27,949 nucleotides of DNA from Geosiphon pyriformis uo1 (taxonomy: Eukaryota; Fungi; Glomeromycota): contig JAAOMT010000502.1 in the NCBI GenBank assembly GCA_016748015.1, positions 878,912 through 906,860 of the forward strand, given 5' to 3'. Below are positions 1 to 10,300 of this stretch, piece by piece. Numbering within the stretch: the stretch's first letter is position 1; every line of letters starts with the position of its first letter. The notes beneath the pieces were generated by a model. That model did not search any database. It was not told the origin of the DNA and saw only the letters and a list, made by a program, of their open reading frames with translations. Both the position numbers and the translations under genes were made by a program.

Positions 1-12
1 CTTATTTCTTTA

Positions 13-390
13 TTTTTTTTTTTTTTTTTTTCTTGATTTTATTGTTGTATATTAACTAATTAAGAATTAAAGCACTGAGTAATTGACATCATAGATAGCC
101 TGGTAAAAGATCCAAAAATAAGAGTAAAATTATATATATATTAACAGATAGCTTACCAAAAAGACACAAATGCCAGAATAAACTGGCCACCAAGCTAAAG
201 ACAGAAATTGGGAACACAACTCACCAACCAACTACATTGTCATTAAATCTCTGTCCATTATACAAAGAACTCAATACTAAAACCTTCAGATACAAGTAAT
301 ATACTGATAACACCAGCATTATCAAGATATTGAGCACCAAGTTATGGATTTGTTATTTGATTTGAGACCCCAAATAATCATCTGTAATAT
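13..390 (-). repeat. Poly(A)-tailed dispersed repeat, family 2 (3' end of an unidentified retroposon)
   Basis: T19 run at 13-31. The reverse complement aligns in blocks with 4281-4631, e.g. ATTGAGTTCTTTGTATAATGGACAGAGATTTAAT vs ATTGAGTTTTTTGTATAATAAACAAAGATTTAAT. Confidence 0.65.
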
Positions 391-399
391 CGGTGACAT

Positions 400-671
400 G
401 TGAATGCTTTTGGCCAAAGTGGTTAGGTTGTTTGGTATTGAAGATACATTTGGTGTTAGTTTGGGCTGTACAGTTTCTGTCAGTTTTTCTCAAGTATAGG
501 TAGTCTGGCTTCTGTGTATGTAGATGTTTAGTGTTGTCCTAGTTAGCTTGAATAATTAGTCATGTGTAGAAAAAACATGATTTACACTTAGTATAGATTA
601 TTATTTTGATGTATTGTCACTAGGCAGTATTTGGATTTTGTTTGTTATAAGAATTAAAAAAAAAAAAAAAA
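400..671 (+). mobile_element. 5'-truncated LINE fragment: ORF2 C-terminal tip, 3' UTR and poly(A)
   Basis: Reads VVRLFGIEDTFGV...FFSSIGSLASVYVDV*, matching the end of ORF2 in element B. The 3' UTR aligns with 12006-12131. A16 tail at 656-671. Confidence 0.85.
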
Positions 672-1745
672 TACAATTTTAATATTTTTTATATTTTTTA
701 AAAATATATAATAAATTAGTTATTTTTTGTTTTCTTAATTTTATGATTACAACCAGAACAAAGAATAAAAAAGTTACAACTGGTATTTTTTCTTTGGTAT
801 TTTACAAAGTTTTAATTAAAAAAGTTTTTTTTGTTATAAAAGCAATTAAACAGAATGTTTTAATAGTTTTTTTCTTAATTAGTAATAATAAAAAACTGTT
901 TTTAGTAGTCACTAAAACATTTTTTTCATTTTTGACTGGTTTTTTATTAGTCAAAATTTCTTTCAAAAAATATATTTGGGTTAATCTTAATATTGTTTCC
1001 ATTCTTATTAAGAGTCTAAAAGTTTTTAATAATAAATTAATTAATAAACTAGTCTTTTTAACTATTGCTGCTATATTTGGTACCATTAATATTATTTTTT
1101 GAGAATATTTAGAAAGGCCAAGAATTTTAAAAAATAAAAACAGTTACTTACTTTTATTATTATTATACTAAATATTTTTGTGATTTTAGATAAAATCTTG
1201 AATAAAATTTCTATTATATTATCTGACATATTGTTTAAAATGAACCAAAATCAACTATTGATTATGTTGTCAAATGTGATTTTTTCTAACAAATTATTGC
1301 CAATTTTAAAAGCAAAACAATAGTCTTTTATTAGATTACCTATTCTTAAAAACTGGGCTAATTAAATAAAAACTAATTTATTTTTTTTGCTAGTTTTTAG
1401 TATTGTTATTAGTAATATTTAGAAAACTATTTTTAGTTATCAATAGTTTGCTGAGTGAATGATTTTTATTTTGGTGTTTGGTACTATTTTTAAGATTAAA
1501 TTGGTTTATATTAAGGCTGTTTTTTAATCTGTATATGGTTTTTTGAATACTAAATTAGTATTAAAAGACAATATAAAGCTTTTCTGTATAGAGTTTGCTT
1601 CTTAAAAATCTTTGAAAACTACATTTCTGGTCAAGTTTACAAGCTTTGTTTATTTGGTAACTCTTAAAATTGCCAAATTTTTTGTGGTTTCTAAGCTCAA
1701 TTCTCTTTTTGCTATTATTATATTGTGTAATATATCTTTAAGTAT

Positions 1746-2493
1746 TATTATAGATTGGAATAACAAGCTAACAAATAACAAAAAAGAACAAAATTGTAGG
1801 ATAATAGAATTAATCAAAGAAGATTTAACTTTAAGGAATAAATTAAATAAGTATGGATTTAATATATAAGATTAATTTTATAAAATATCTTAGTTATTAT
1901 TTTTTTAAAGAATAACTGGAAAATTTGAAGGTAGAGAGATAGTTCATACTATTAATAAATAATAATACACTGGTATAATTTTATGTCTTATATCAGTGTT
2001 CTTAAACTTTAATATTAAGTATTAAATATACTCTTTAATCATATTTAATTAATAATTTTTAAATGCTATAATTATATAAGTTAAGAAAAGGATAGGTAAA
2101 TGCCAACAAATAATTTTTTATTCCAAAATGTTTAGATATTTAAAAATAAGAAAAAGAATTAAGATAATAGTTGTTATTTTATTTATTCTTAATTAATTGC
2201 TATATACTTGCTATATTTGAGAAACTCATTACTTATATAGTTATTAAAAGTGGTCAATAATTAGATCAACAATTAGATTAATGATTAAGTTAACAACTAA
2301 GTCAATAATCAGATCAATAATTAGGTCAATGATTAGATTATTGATCAAGTTAATAATTAAGTCAATAATTAAGTTAATAATCAAATTATTGATTAGATTA
2401 ATAATTACTATCTAAAAATAAGATGGCTAATTATATAATATCAATAACTAATATATATAATAACTAATAAAACTATAAATTTTAATTATAATA
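1746..2493. mobile_element. Solo LTR, family LTR-1, copy 1
   Basis: Homologous end to end with 14442-15072. Termini TATTATA...TATAATA are a decayed TGTTA..TAACA. Perfect GTAT duplication at 1742-1745 and 2494-2497. Removing it restores the element A frame (TTA AGT AT|A TCT GTT GCT). Confidence 0.8.
2252..2407. repeat. 12-bp minisatellite, 13 units, inferred ancestral unit GGTCAACGACCA
   Basis: Thirteen in-phase 12-mers (ggtcaataatta, gatcaacaatta, ... gattaataatta) that differ almost only by transitions. Confidence 0.9.
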
Positions 2494-4280
2494 GTATATC
2501 TGTTGCTAATATTAAAACAGCATTTGGTGTTTTTAATAAAATTATTCATGTTGTATTAAAACTTATTAATATTTAACAATATATTATTGTTTATTTTAAA
2601 GAATTGAATGCTGTTGTTGTATCTATTTTGGATTATTGGTTAATATTAATAAGCAAAAATAATATTAAAATTCTCTATTTAGTTAATTAAAATAAGATTA
2701 TTTTGTCTTATAATAAGTTTAAAACCAAGTTGGTTATTTCTTTTTTGGCTATACTGTCTTTAATATTAGTGATATAATCTTTCGGATTAATAGTTAAACA
2801 TGTTTTATTTTCTGTTCTCTTAATTCTGATTATTGTTTTAGTTATATTTGGATTTTAGAATAATTTAAATACTGCAGTAGTCAAGACTAATACACTAAGA
2901 AAGTATTATATTTAGTAGAAAACTTCTGGTTATCAATATTGTTTTAGGTGTTAAGAAGTGAACTATCTAATTGTAGACTATAAGATGTTTTTACCTTTTT
3001 ATTTCAAGAGTTTCAAGATTTTTAAAGTATTCATACCATGTTTTATGGATGCTAAGTCTTATATTAAAGCTTCTGCTTTTTAAGCTTTTCTGAGTTTTTG
3101 CCTTTAATGATTTTTGCTCTTTTTTTATAATTATTAGTAATTTTATAATGTTTTCTTAATTGATTTTTCTAGAATCTGATTTGGCCAAACTTTTTGTTTT
3201 GATTAAGTCAATTATTAAGTCTATTGGCTTTTTAATTGCTGTATTTAAATAATTTATTAATAGTAATTTGGTTTTAAGCAGTGTTTTTAATCTTAAAGTT
3301 AATAAGCTTATAATTTATCTGGGCTTTTTTAATAAGATTGTTAATAAGTTAAAAAGAAAAATAATTTTATTAAAAAAAAATACTACATAAATAATATTAA
3401 TATGTTTGGTAATTTAAAACTACTAATTGATATTGATAATAATATATTTTCTAACTTAATGTCTCTTTGAGTACATAAGTCTAATAATATTAAAACTAAT
3501 TACTTAAAAACAGCCAAATAATTGATTAGATTGATTCTTTGTAGTATTAAATTGTTTAAAGTAGTTTAAAAAATATTAGCTTTGAATAAGTTTTTTTTGT
3601 TATATTAATATAGTATAACTTAAACTGGCTTAAGTAACTGATTATATATAAAAAACATATAAACTATATTTAGTATTAGAATACTTAGTTTGTTTTTAAT
3701 TTCTAAATAATAGTTGGGCCATATTTATTAAATATTTAATAAATAAAAAATTAAATAAAAATTAAATTTTTTTTGGTTTTTTAAAATACTGTTTATTTTA
3801 ATAATATTTAAAAATTTTTTACTAATTATTAAAAAATTTTTAAGAAAATTTTTTTTATTAAAATATTTAATGTATATATAAACAAATTAAGTATTTATAA
3901 TTAAATATAATTTATATACTTATTATATATAACTAGTTATTTAAATTAATTAAAACTATACTATATATTAATACTATTATTTAAATTTAAGAAGAATAAA
4001 TACTTATTATATGATTTAAAATTAATTATAAAAATTTTATTAATACATAATATATAAATTATTTTATTTATTGTTATGATTAAAAATCATAGTTTTTATA
4101 ATTATTATATGTATTAATATTATATAATTTATTAATTTAATTATTAATTACTTTAAATAATTATATAATAATAAATTTTTTAACTATAAAAAAGCATGTA
4201 AAAAATCAAAAAAATCAAAATTACTTTTAAATATTTAATTTATTTTTTTCTAATTTTTTTAAATATTTAAATATTGTTAA

Positions 4281-4631
4281 AGATAATTATTTGGGTATTA
4301 AAATAAATAACAAACTTGTAACTTGGTGTTTAATGACTAATTTTAATATTAATTTTTAAAGATTTTAGGACCTGAAAATTTTGATTGAGTTTTTTGTATA
4401 ATAAACAAAGATTTAATTTGTGGTTTTTTTTTTTAGTATAAAGATTAATTTAATCTGGCAGTTGTATTCTTTTGATAAGCTATTCTTTTTTTTAAGTTTG
4501 TTATTTTTGTTTTATAAGTTTTTTATCAGACTATTCTTAATATTAATATTTCAATACTTAATTTTTTAATCAATTAGTAAACAACAAAAAAAATAAAATA
4601 AAATAAAATAAAAAAAAATAAGAAAAAAAAA
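4281..4631 (+). repeat. Poly(A)-tailed dispersed repeat, family 2, older copy
   Basis: Block homology to the reverse complement of 13-390. Ends in an (AAAAT)n/A-rich tail at ~4586-4631. Confidence 0.65.
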
Positions 4632-5281
4632 TAAGAAATTAGTATCTTATTAATAGTTGTAATTAAGAGCTATTGTTCCAGAGTAATTAAGTATTAAATA
4701 TTATTAATATAAATTATAAATAATATAAAAGTAATAAATATTTTTAATTAATAGATAATAATAGAAATTAGATATTCAATAGATATTTTATTAATATAAA
4801 TATAATTTTACTTTAAATAATAAAAAACTAAATTTTAAAAAAAAGTATAATTCTAATTATTTGTTTCCCAATTACTTGTTTTTTCTTATTTTTGACACTA
4901 TTATTATATATATATAATTTTTAATATATGAAATTCTATATATTTCTACTTTTTTTCTATATTACTTTTTAAAAATATGATTATTTCTAAAAATATGCTG
5001 TAATTTCTTAGAAATGTGTTCATTTTTGAAAATGTGTTCATTTTTAAAAATATATTATAATCTTTTAATTATTATTTTCTTCTTAGTCTATTTTTATAAT
5101 TTGTCTTTTCTTATTTATTTTCTTTTGTACTTTTTTTTTATAAGTAATAATATCTATAAATAAAAAATTACTTTTTAGTATTTATATATCTTAACTTTTT
5201 CTAATTTGTATAATTGTTAATTTTAAAGATTATTGAATAAATATTATTAAAAAATACAATTAATATTTGATATTAAATTCT

Positions 5282-5293
5282 AAAATGTTAATA
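5282..5293 (+). repeat. Target-site duplication of element B, left copy (right copy at 12139-12150)
   Basis: Exact 12-mer AAAATGTTAATA on both sides. The leading As of the right copy are ambiguous with the poly(A) tail. Confidence 0.85.
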
Positions 5294-5434
5294 AAAAAAA
5301 AAGGAAAATTTTTTCTCTCGTCAATCCCCTGACCACAATGAGAGCAAAAAATAATTTTGAAGAAATTGCTTTCCTTTTTCTTTTCCCCTCAATTCCTGTT
5401 AACTATTTCTTCTAACTTATCTTTATTTGTTGCG

Positions 5435-7342
5435 ATGGAACTGGTCGACTTGTCTGTTGGTGGCTCTGGTTTGGGTTTGGCTGGTTTGGGGACCTGCCAG
5501 GGTGCTAAAAACAAGCGTGTCAATACGGTCTACTTCTGTGGTGCATCCTATAAGAAGCCTAAAAAGCCTGCAGCTGGTGACTTAGTTGAGTCATCCACTG
5601 GTTCTCTACATTTGGGGGATTTGGATGGTGATGATAGTAAGCCGGCAGCATCTTGGAGAAGCAAAGTGGGTAGTGTTTCTGGCAGTGTAAGTGGTCTTTT
5701 GGATGTCGAGAACTTAGGGAACTTGGTTGCTGAGGAGACAAGCTATGTTGATTTAGGTGAGGATGACAAAATGGATGAGAATATGCCATGAAGAACTCAC
5801 ACTCGGATGTATGTGTTGGAACAATCTCTTAAGGCACCTCTATTTACTACTATGAATGATAATAATGATGATTCTGTGTTGCCACTTTCTGAAATCAGTG
5901 GGTCCAATCAGCTGCTCTCTTCTAAATCACATGTTCTCGAGAGTTGTAGTTTCAAACCAGTAAAATTGTTTACTTTGGATGTGAATTTGTCAGCTGTTCC
6001 TGGCAGAACTAATAGTGATAAGCTCATTTCAATCAAAAATTTTTTTACAAAATTAATGGTTTTGGGGGAGCTTTAACTCCCTCAAAATTTCCTGGTGTTA
6101 TTTGTTCAACTTTCACAAGTGAGTCTAGTTTGATTAAGGCCAGAAAAATGGCTGTTTATGAGAAAATTGTTGTCAATGATAATCTCAGAAAAGCAAACAT
6201 TTGTTTGAATCAGGAAGTGATTGTTAAAAAAATTCCAGTTGATCTTCCAAAGTTGGCTGTGGAATTAGTGTTTTTTAAATTTGGCAAGATCATTTCCATC
6301 AGGATGCAATTGATTGGTCTTTGGCAAAAGGCCCTAATTGAATTTGAGTCATCAGAGGTTGCCGGTTTGGTCACTTCTAAGTAGTCTGTTCTTGTGGAAA
6401 AGAATTTGGTTTGTGTAGTGCTGGCCATCAATAATAAACAAATGTGGGTGTCAAGAGATCATCATCGGACTTTGCTCTATACTCTTCTAGTTGGTACTTC
6501 AGCCCATGATCTGTCAGATTTGTTGATATCATATGGTAAGAAAACTTGTTTCATTGGCCACAATCCTGGTTGAGAATGAGGATGCCAGATTGGCTGCTGT
6601 TAGTACCATTCCGATTTTCAAAGATGTTAGTTTGTGTTGGGCTAGTCTTGTTTTGGCTAGCTGTACCAAGTGTGAACAGTTTGGTCATACTGCTACCAAC
6701 TGTCTTATGGGTGGAAGTTCTGGTGTTTGTGAAAAGAGGGTGGTTTCTGATTAGGATTAGGTTTGTCTGATTGGTATATATAAGAAGAAGTCGGCTCCTA
6801 TTGCTCGTCCAGTTTTGTTTGGTGGCAAAACATGGGCCCAAGTTGCTAGTGGTACCTCTTCCCATGTGTTTCTTTCTGGTTCTACTGGTTCTGGTTTGTG
6901 TTCTGGTTTGGTTTCTCCTTCAGTGGTCTCTGATCATTTTGTTGTTTCCCGTTTGAGTGATCATTTGGCAGTTTTGAAATGCTCTTTAGAGCTTTTGGCT
7001 GACTGTGTTTCTGGCATCCTGATTAGGTTGGATTTTTTTGGTGTGGTTCCTTTGGTTTTTTCTTCTCTGGCCCCTCCTTCTGTTGTTTCTGCAGCTTTGA
7101 GTTCTGAAGTGGATTCAGATATGATTGTAAACAATGCTTTGAGTTCCTCTGATATTACTCCTCCCGTCACTATTGATGCTGTTGTCGACCTCAGCACTAG
7201 TAGTTCCAAAGTTCTTACTGCCAAGGTGGGCAGTTTGAAGATGAAATTGGTCGCTTTGGAGGCTTCTGTTGGTTCAGTTTTGGATAAGTTGAATCTTCTG
7301 TGCTCTGGTTTGGGTCTGTTAGCTTCCACATCATTTTAATGA
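5435..7342 (+). pseudogene. LINE ORF1p relic (RRM-like domains, CCHC zinc knuckle, C-terminal coiled coil)
   Basis: ATG at 5435 (MELVDLSVGGSG). RRM-like VIVKKIPVDL...FGKIISIRMQ...ALIEFES. CTKCEQFGHTATNC fits CX2CX4HX4C. KVGSLKMKLVALEASVGSVLDKL is heptad-like. Broken by stops at 5789, 6382 and 6752 and by frameshifts at ~6040 and ~6570. Confidence 0.9.
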
Positions 7343-10300
7343 CTCACTTAATTTGGAAGATTGCCACGTGTAATATTAGAGATATGAACAATTATGCAAA
7401 ACAGGCAGACATTGTTCATTGGCATAAAGATATGAACAATATGGTTTCTATTGTTACTAAAACAAAGTTAAAAGGAAAAATTTGCCCTTGGATTACTGAT
7501 AAGTTTGATGGTGTTTGTGTTTTTACTTCTGGACTGGATTCTGGTCATATGGGTTCTGATGTTGCAATCATTTTGGACTCTTCTTTGGTGGGACATGTGT
7601 GTAAAGTTTCAGAGGTGCCTGGTCGGCTTCTGTTGGTTAGATTGCTTTTTAAGAACAAATTCTCTGTGTCTATTCTGGGGCTGTATGCTGATGCATCTTC
7701 GGCAGTTCATTTTTCTCAGGCTGGCAAGGTTAACTCTCTCATTTCTAAGGTGGTGAATAAGTCCTTCTTTGTTATTCTTGGTGGTGATTTTAATAAGGAT
7801 GGTTTTCACAAGTATGCAAGTTTCAAAAAATGTTTTGATTTGGGTTTGATTAACTCTCTGAGGGGAAGCTCCTTTATGAAGTCACCCACTTGGTGCAATT
7901 CTTATGGCATCACTAAAACAATTGACTATGTGTTCATTTCTTCTAATTTGGTTGGTGTGGTAGTAGATTATGGTGTGAATGATGTTGAAGACTATTTTGA
8001 TACTGATCACAAGGCTGTGTCTGTTTCTGTGGGACTGGGAGGTCTGCTCAATGTCAAGTTGAACTCACTGTGCAAACAAGCAAATAAAGATCATTGGAAG
8101 TATGATATCAAAAATGCCAATAAGGTTGAGTGGTCTGAGTTCAGAGATGCTATGGCTGCTAATGCTGTTATGTTTTCGGATGAGTTTGTTGCAGTTAAGC
8201 GGTTTTCTGATCTGGATGCGATGTGAAACATTGTTCATAAGATTATGGTTCTTTTGGCTGGTGGAACGTTCAAGAAAAAATGATTTAAGAGTTTTGATTA
8301 TGTTTTTAATAAGGTGTCTTTCTGGTTTCATAAACTGAAGCTACTAGTGTCTAAACTGGTGAAGGCTTCCCGGTTGGTTTCTGGTGGAGATTTTGCTTCG
8401 TTGTTGGATACTTGGAACAGATTCTGTGGGCACTTTGCCAGTGAGATCTCTGTTTCTTTCTGGCTTCAGTTTTAATGTAATCCGTTTTGGGCTGGCTAAG
8501 GCAAGGAAATATTATCACTCTTTTAAGTTGCTGGAATCTAAGCATGCTGAAGAATTTCATATGAGGCAGGCTATTGAAAGGAGGATGGAGAGTTTTGAGG
8601 TGGATAAGAGTTATACCATTAGGAGTGTTTTAGAGTGTCCTTTTCATAAAGTGGTGTTGGATTATTTGGTGGATGATAGGGAGTTGGTCTTGAAGCCTGA
8701 GTTGGTTAAATTTAAGGTGGATAGAATCATGGAGGGTTGGACCAGGAAGTGTGTAGTGACTTTTGATATCTCTGATGATTGGGTGAGGCAATTTCAGCCT
8801 TTGGATTACATTTTCGATGGTGTCTTCTCTAATGTAATGTATTCAATTGGTTTTGATGAGATGTTTGGTGTCATTTCTAATTTGCCTGATGGGAAAGCAG
8901 CTGGTCTTTCTGGTGTCACTAATAAACTTTGGAAACGCTGTGACAAGTCAGTCTTGGATATGCTTTTAGTGCTCTTGAATTTTTGTTTGGATTGTGAGTT
9001 GGTGCCTAGACCTTAGAGAGAAGCATGAGTCTCAATAATTCTTAAACCTTACAAGTAGGAGGGGATTCTTACAAATACTCACCTTATTGCTTTGATTAAG
9101 ACAGCTTGCAAGATTTTTTCCAAGATCTTTTCAGACCGGATTTCTTTGGCTTGTAACACTTTTGATGTCCTCCATGGGCACAATTTCTCTGTCCTAAAAG
9201 GTACACAATCACCTATCTTCACTATTGGTTTGATGATCGAAGATGTTTTGGAAAAGAACTAAAAGTTGTGGCTGGTTTTACAGGATATGCGCAAAGCATA
9301 TGATTCTGTGAGTTGGGAACATCTCAAGAGGAGCTTGATTAGGATCAAAATGTGTGTCAAATTTATCAGATTTTTTGGTTCTATTTATAATGGTCGCACA
9401 AACAGAGTGATAACAAATTTTGGGTTAACTGATGGATATCATGTTCACAATGGATTGGATCAGGGAGAGGTTTTTTTATCACTTCTTTGGCACATATTTT
9501 ATGACCTGCTCTTGTGTGAGGTTAAAAGACAGAAGAACATTTGTGGCTACAGGTTGATTTCTCATTTCGTTTCTAAGACTGGCTGGGTGGAATCTCAGGC
9601 TGGGCTGACGTCATTTCTGGCCACTGGTGCTTTTGTTGATGATACTATTTGGGTCGGTAGCAGCCAGGCTGCTATACAACACATTCTCAATGTTGCTAGT
9701 AATTTTTTTCATTTAAATGACATTTTGATAAATAATAACAAGACTGTGGTCATTCTCATCAACTGTCAGGTCATTGCTCCTTATCTGACCATTAGTAATC
9801 TGCCAATTTCCATCACCAGAAGGGGTGAACCTCATCATTATCTAGAGATTTTTTTATCTTCTGAAGGTCTTTTGAAGCCCAACTTGGTTAAGGCACATTC
9901 GGATATTCAGTTTTTCATCAATCTCATTCTAAGAAAAGTTGTTTCAGATAAACAGTTTGCTTATTTAGTGTCTTTAATTCTCTTTCTTATCATCAGCTAC
10001 AGGACTCAGTTCAGTTTTATTTCTCTCAGTGTGTGTAATAAATGAGACACTTTGATTCACAAAGGCCTGAAATCTAAATCTGGGCTGCCTCTGGACTTTC
10101 CCAATGATGCATTTCATTATCCTTTCTTGTACAATTTAAAGACTTTTAAGCAGATTCAGGCTAAAAACAAGTCGGCTTCTGCCATTGCTTTTGTGAATTC
10201 ATTTGGTGTTTTGGGTCGCTTGTTTTCTCATAGGTTTCATGATCTCCAGGTTCTCAGCTGGCATTCTCATTACCCTTTGTTGTTTCCTGCTTGTGTTAAA

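Larger units (their letters stand above)
743..3613 (+). pseudogene. ORF1/Gag-like nucleic-acid-binding protein relic (RRM-like segments, decayed zinc knuckle, coiled coil), about 700 codons after removing the LTR
   Basis: ATG at 743. RRM-like stretches at ~1480-1740 and ~2500-2930. The knuckle relic C-F-R-C-*-E-V-N-Y-L-I-V-D-Y at 2940-2981 is CX2CX4HX4C with CAT>TAT and TGT>TAT changes. Heptad-like segment LESDLAKL at ~3170. Many transition-derived stops. Confidence 0.7.
700..3750 (+). mobile_element. Element A: degenerate ORF1-only retroposon carrying the LINE 3' UTR, interrupted by a solo LTR
   Basis: A decayed ORF1-like frame runs from 743 to TAG 3611-3613. It is followed directly by a 3' UTR collinear with those of LINEs D and E, then an A-rich tail. 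No APE, RT or RNase H motif is seen. Confidence 0.7.

Noticed and set aside
2252-2407. CRISPR-like array
   Set aside because: The 12-mers are contiguous with no unique spacers, they lie inside an LTR, no cas genes are present, and the context is eukaryotic.
4965-5065. Degenerate ~19-21-bp tandem repeat (AAATGTGTTCATTTTT x2 plus decayed units)
   Set aside because: It is real but short and lies in extremely AT-rich DNA. No function can be assigned.
9266-10045. Bacterial retron, DGR or group II intron RT
   Set aside because: It is flanked in one polyprotein by APE and RNase H, with ORF1, poly(A) and a TSD, so it is a non-LTR retrotransposon.
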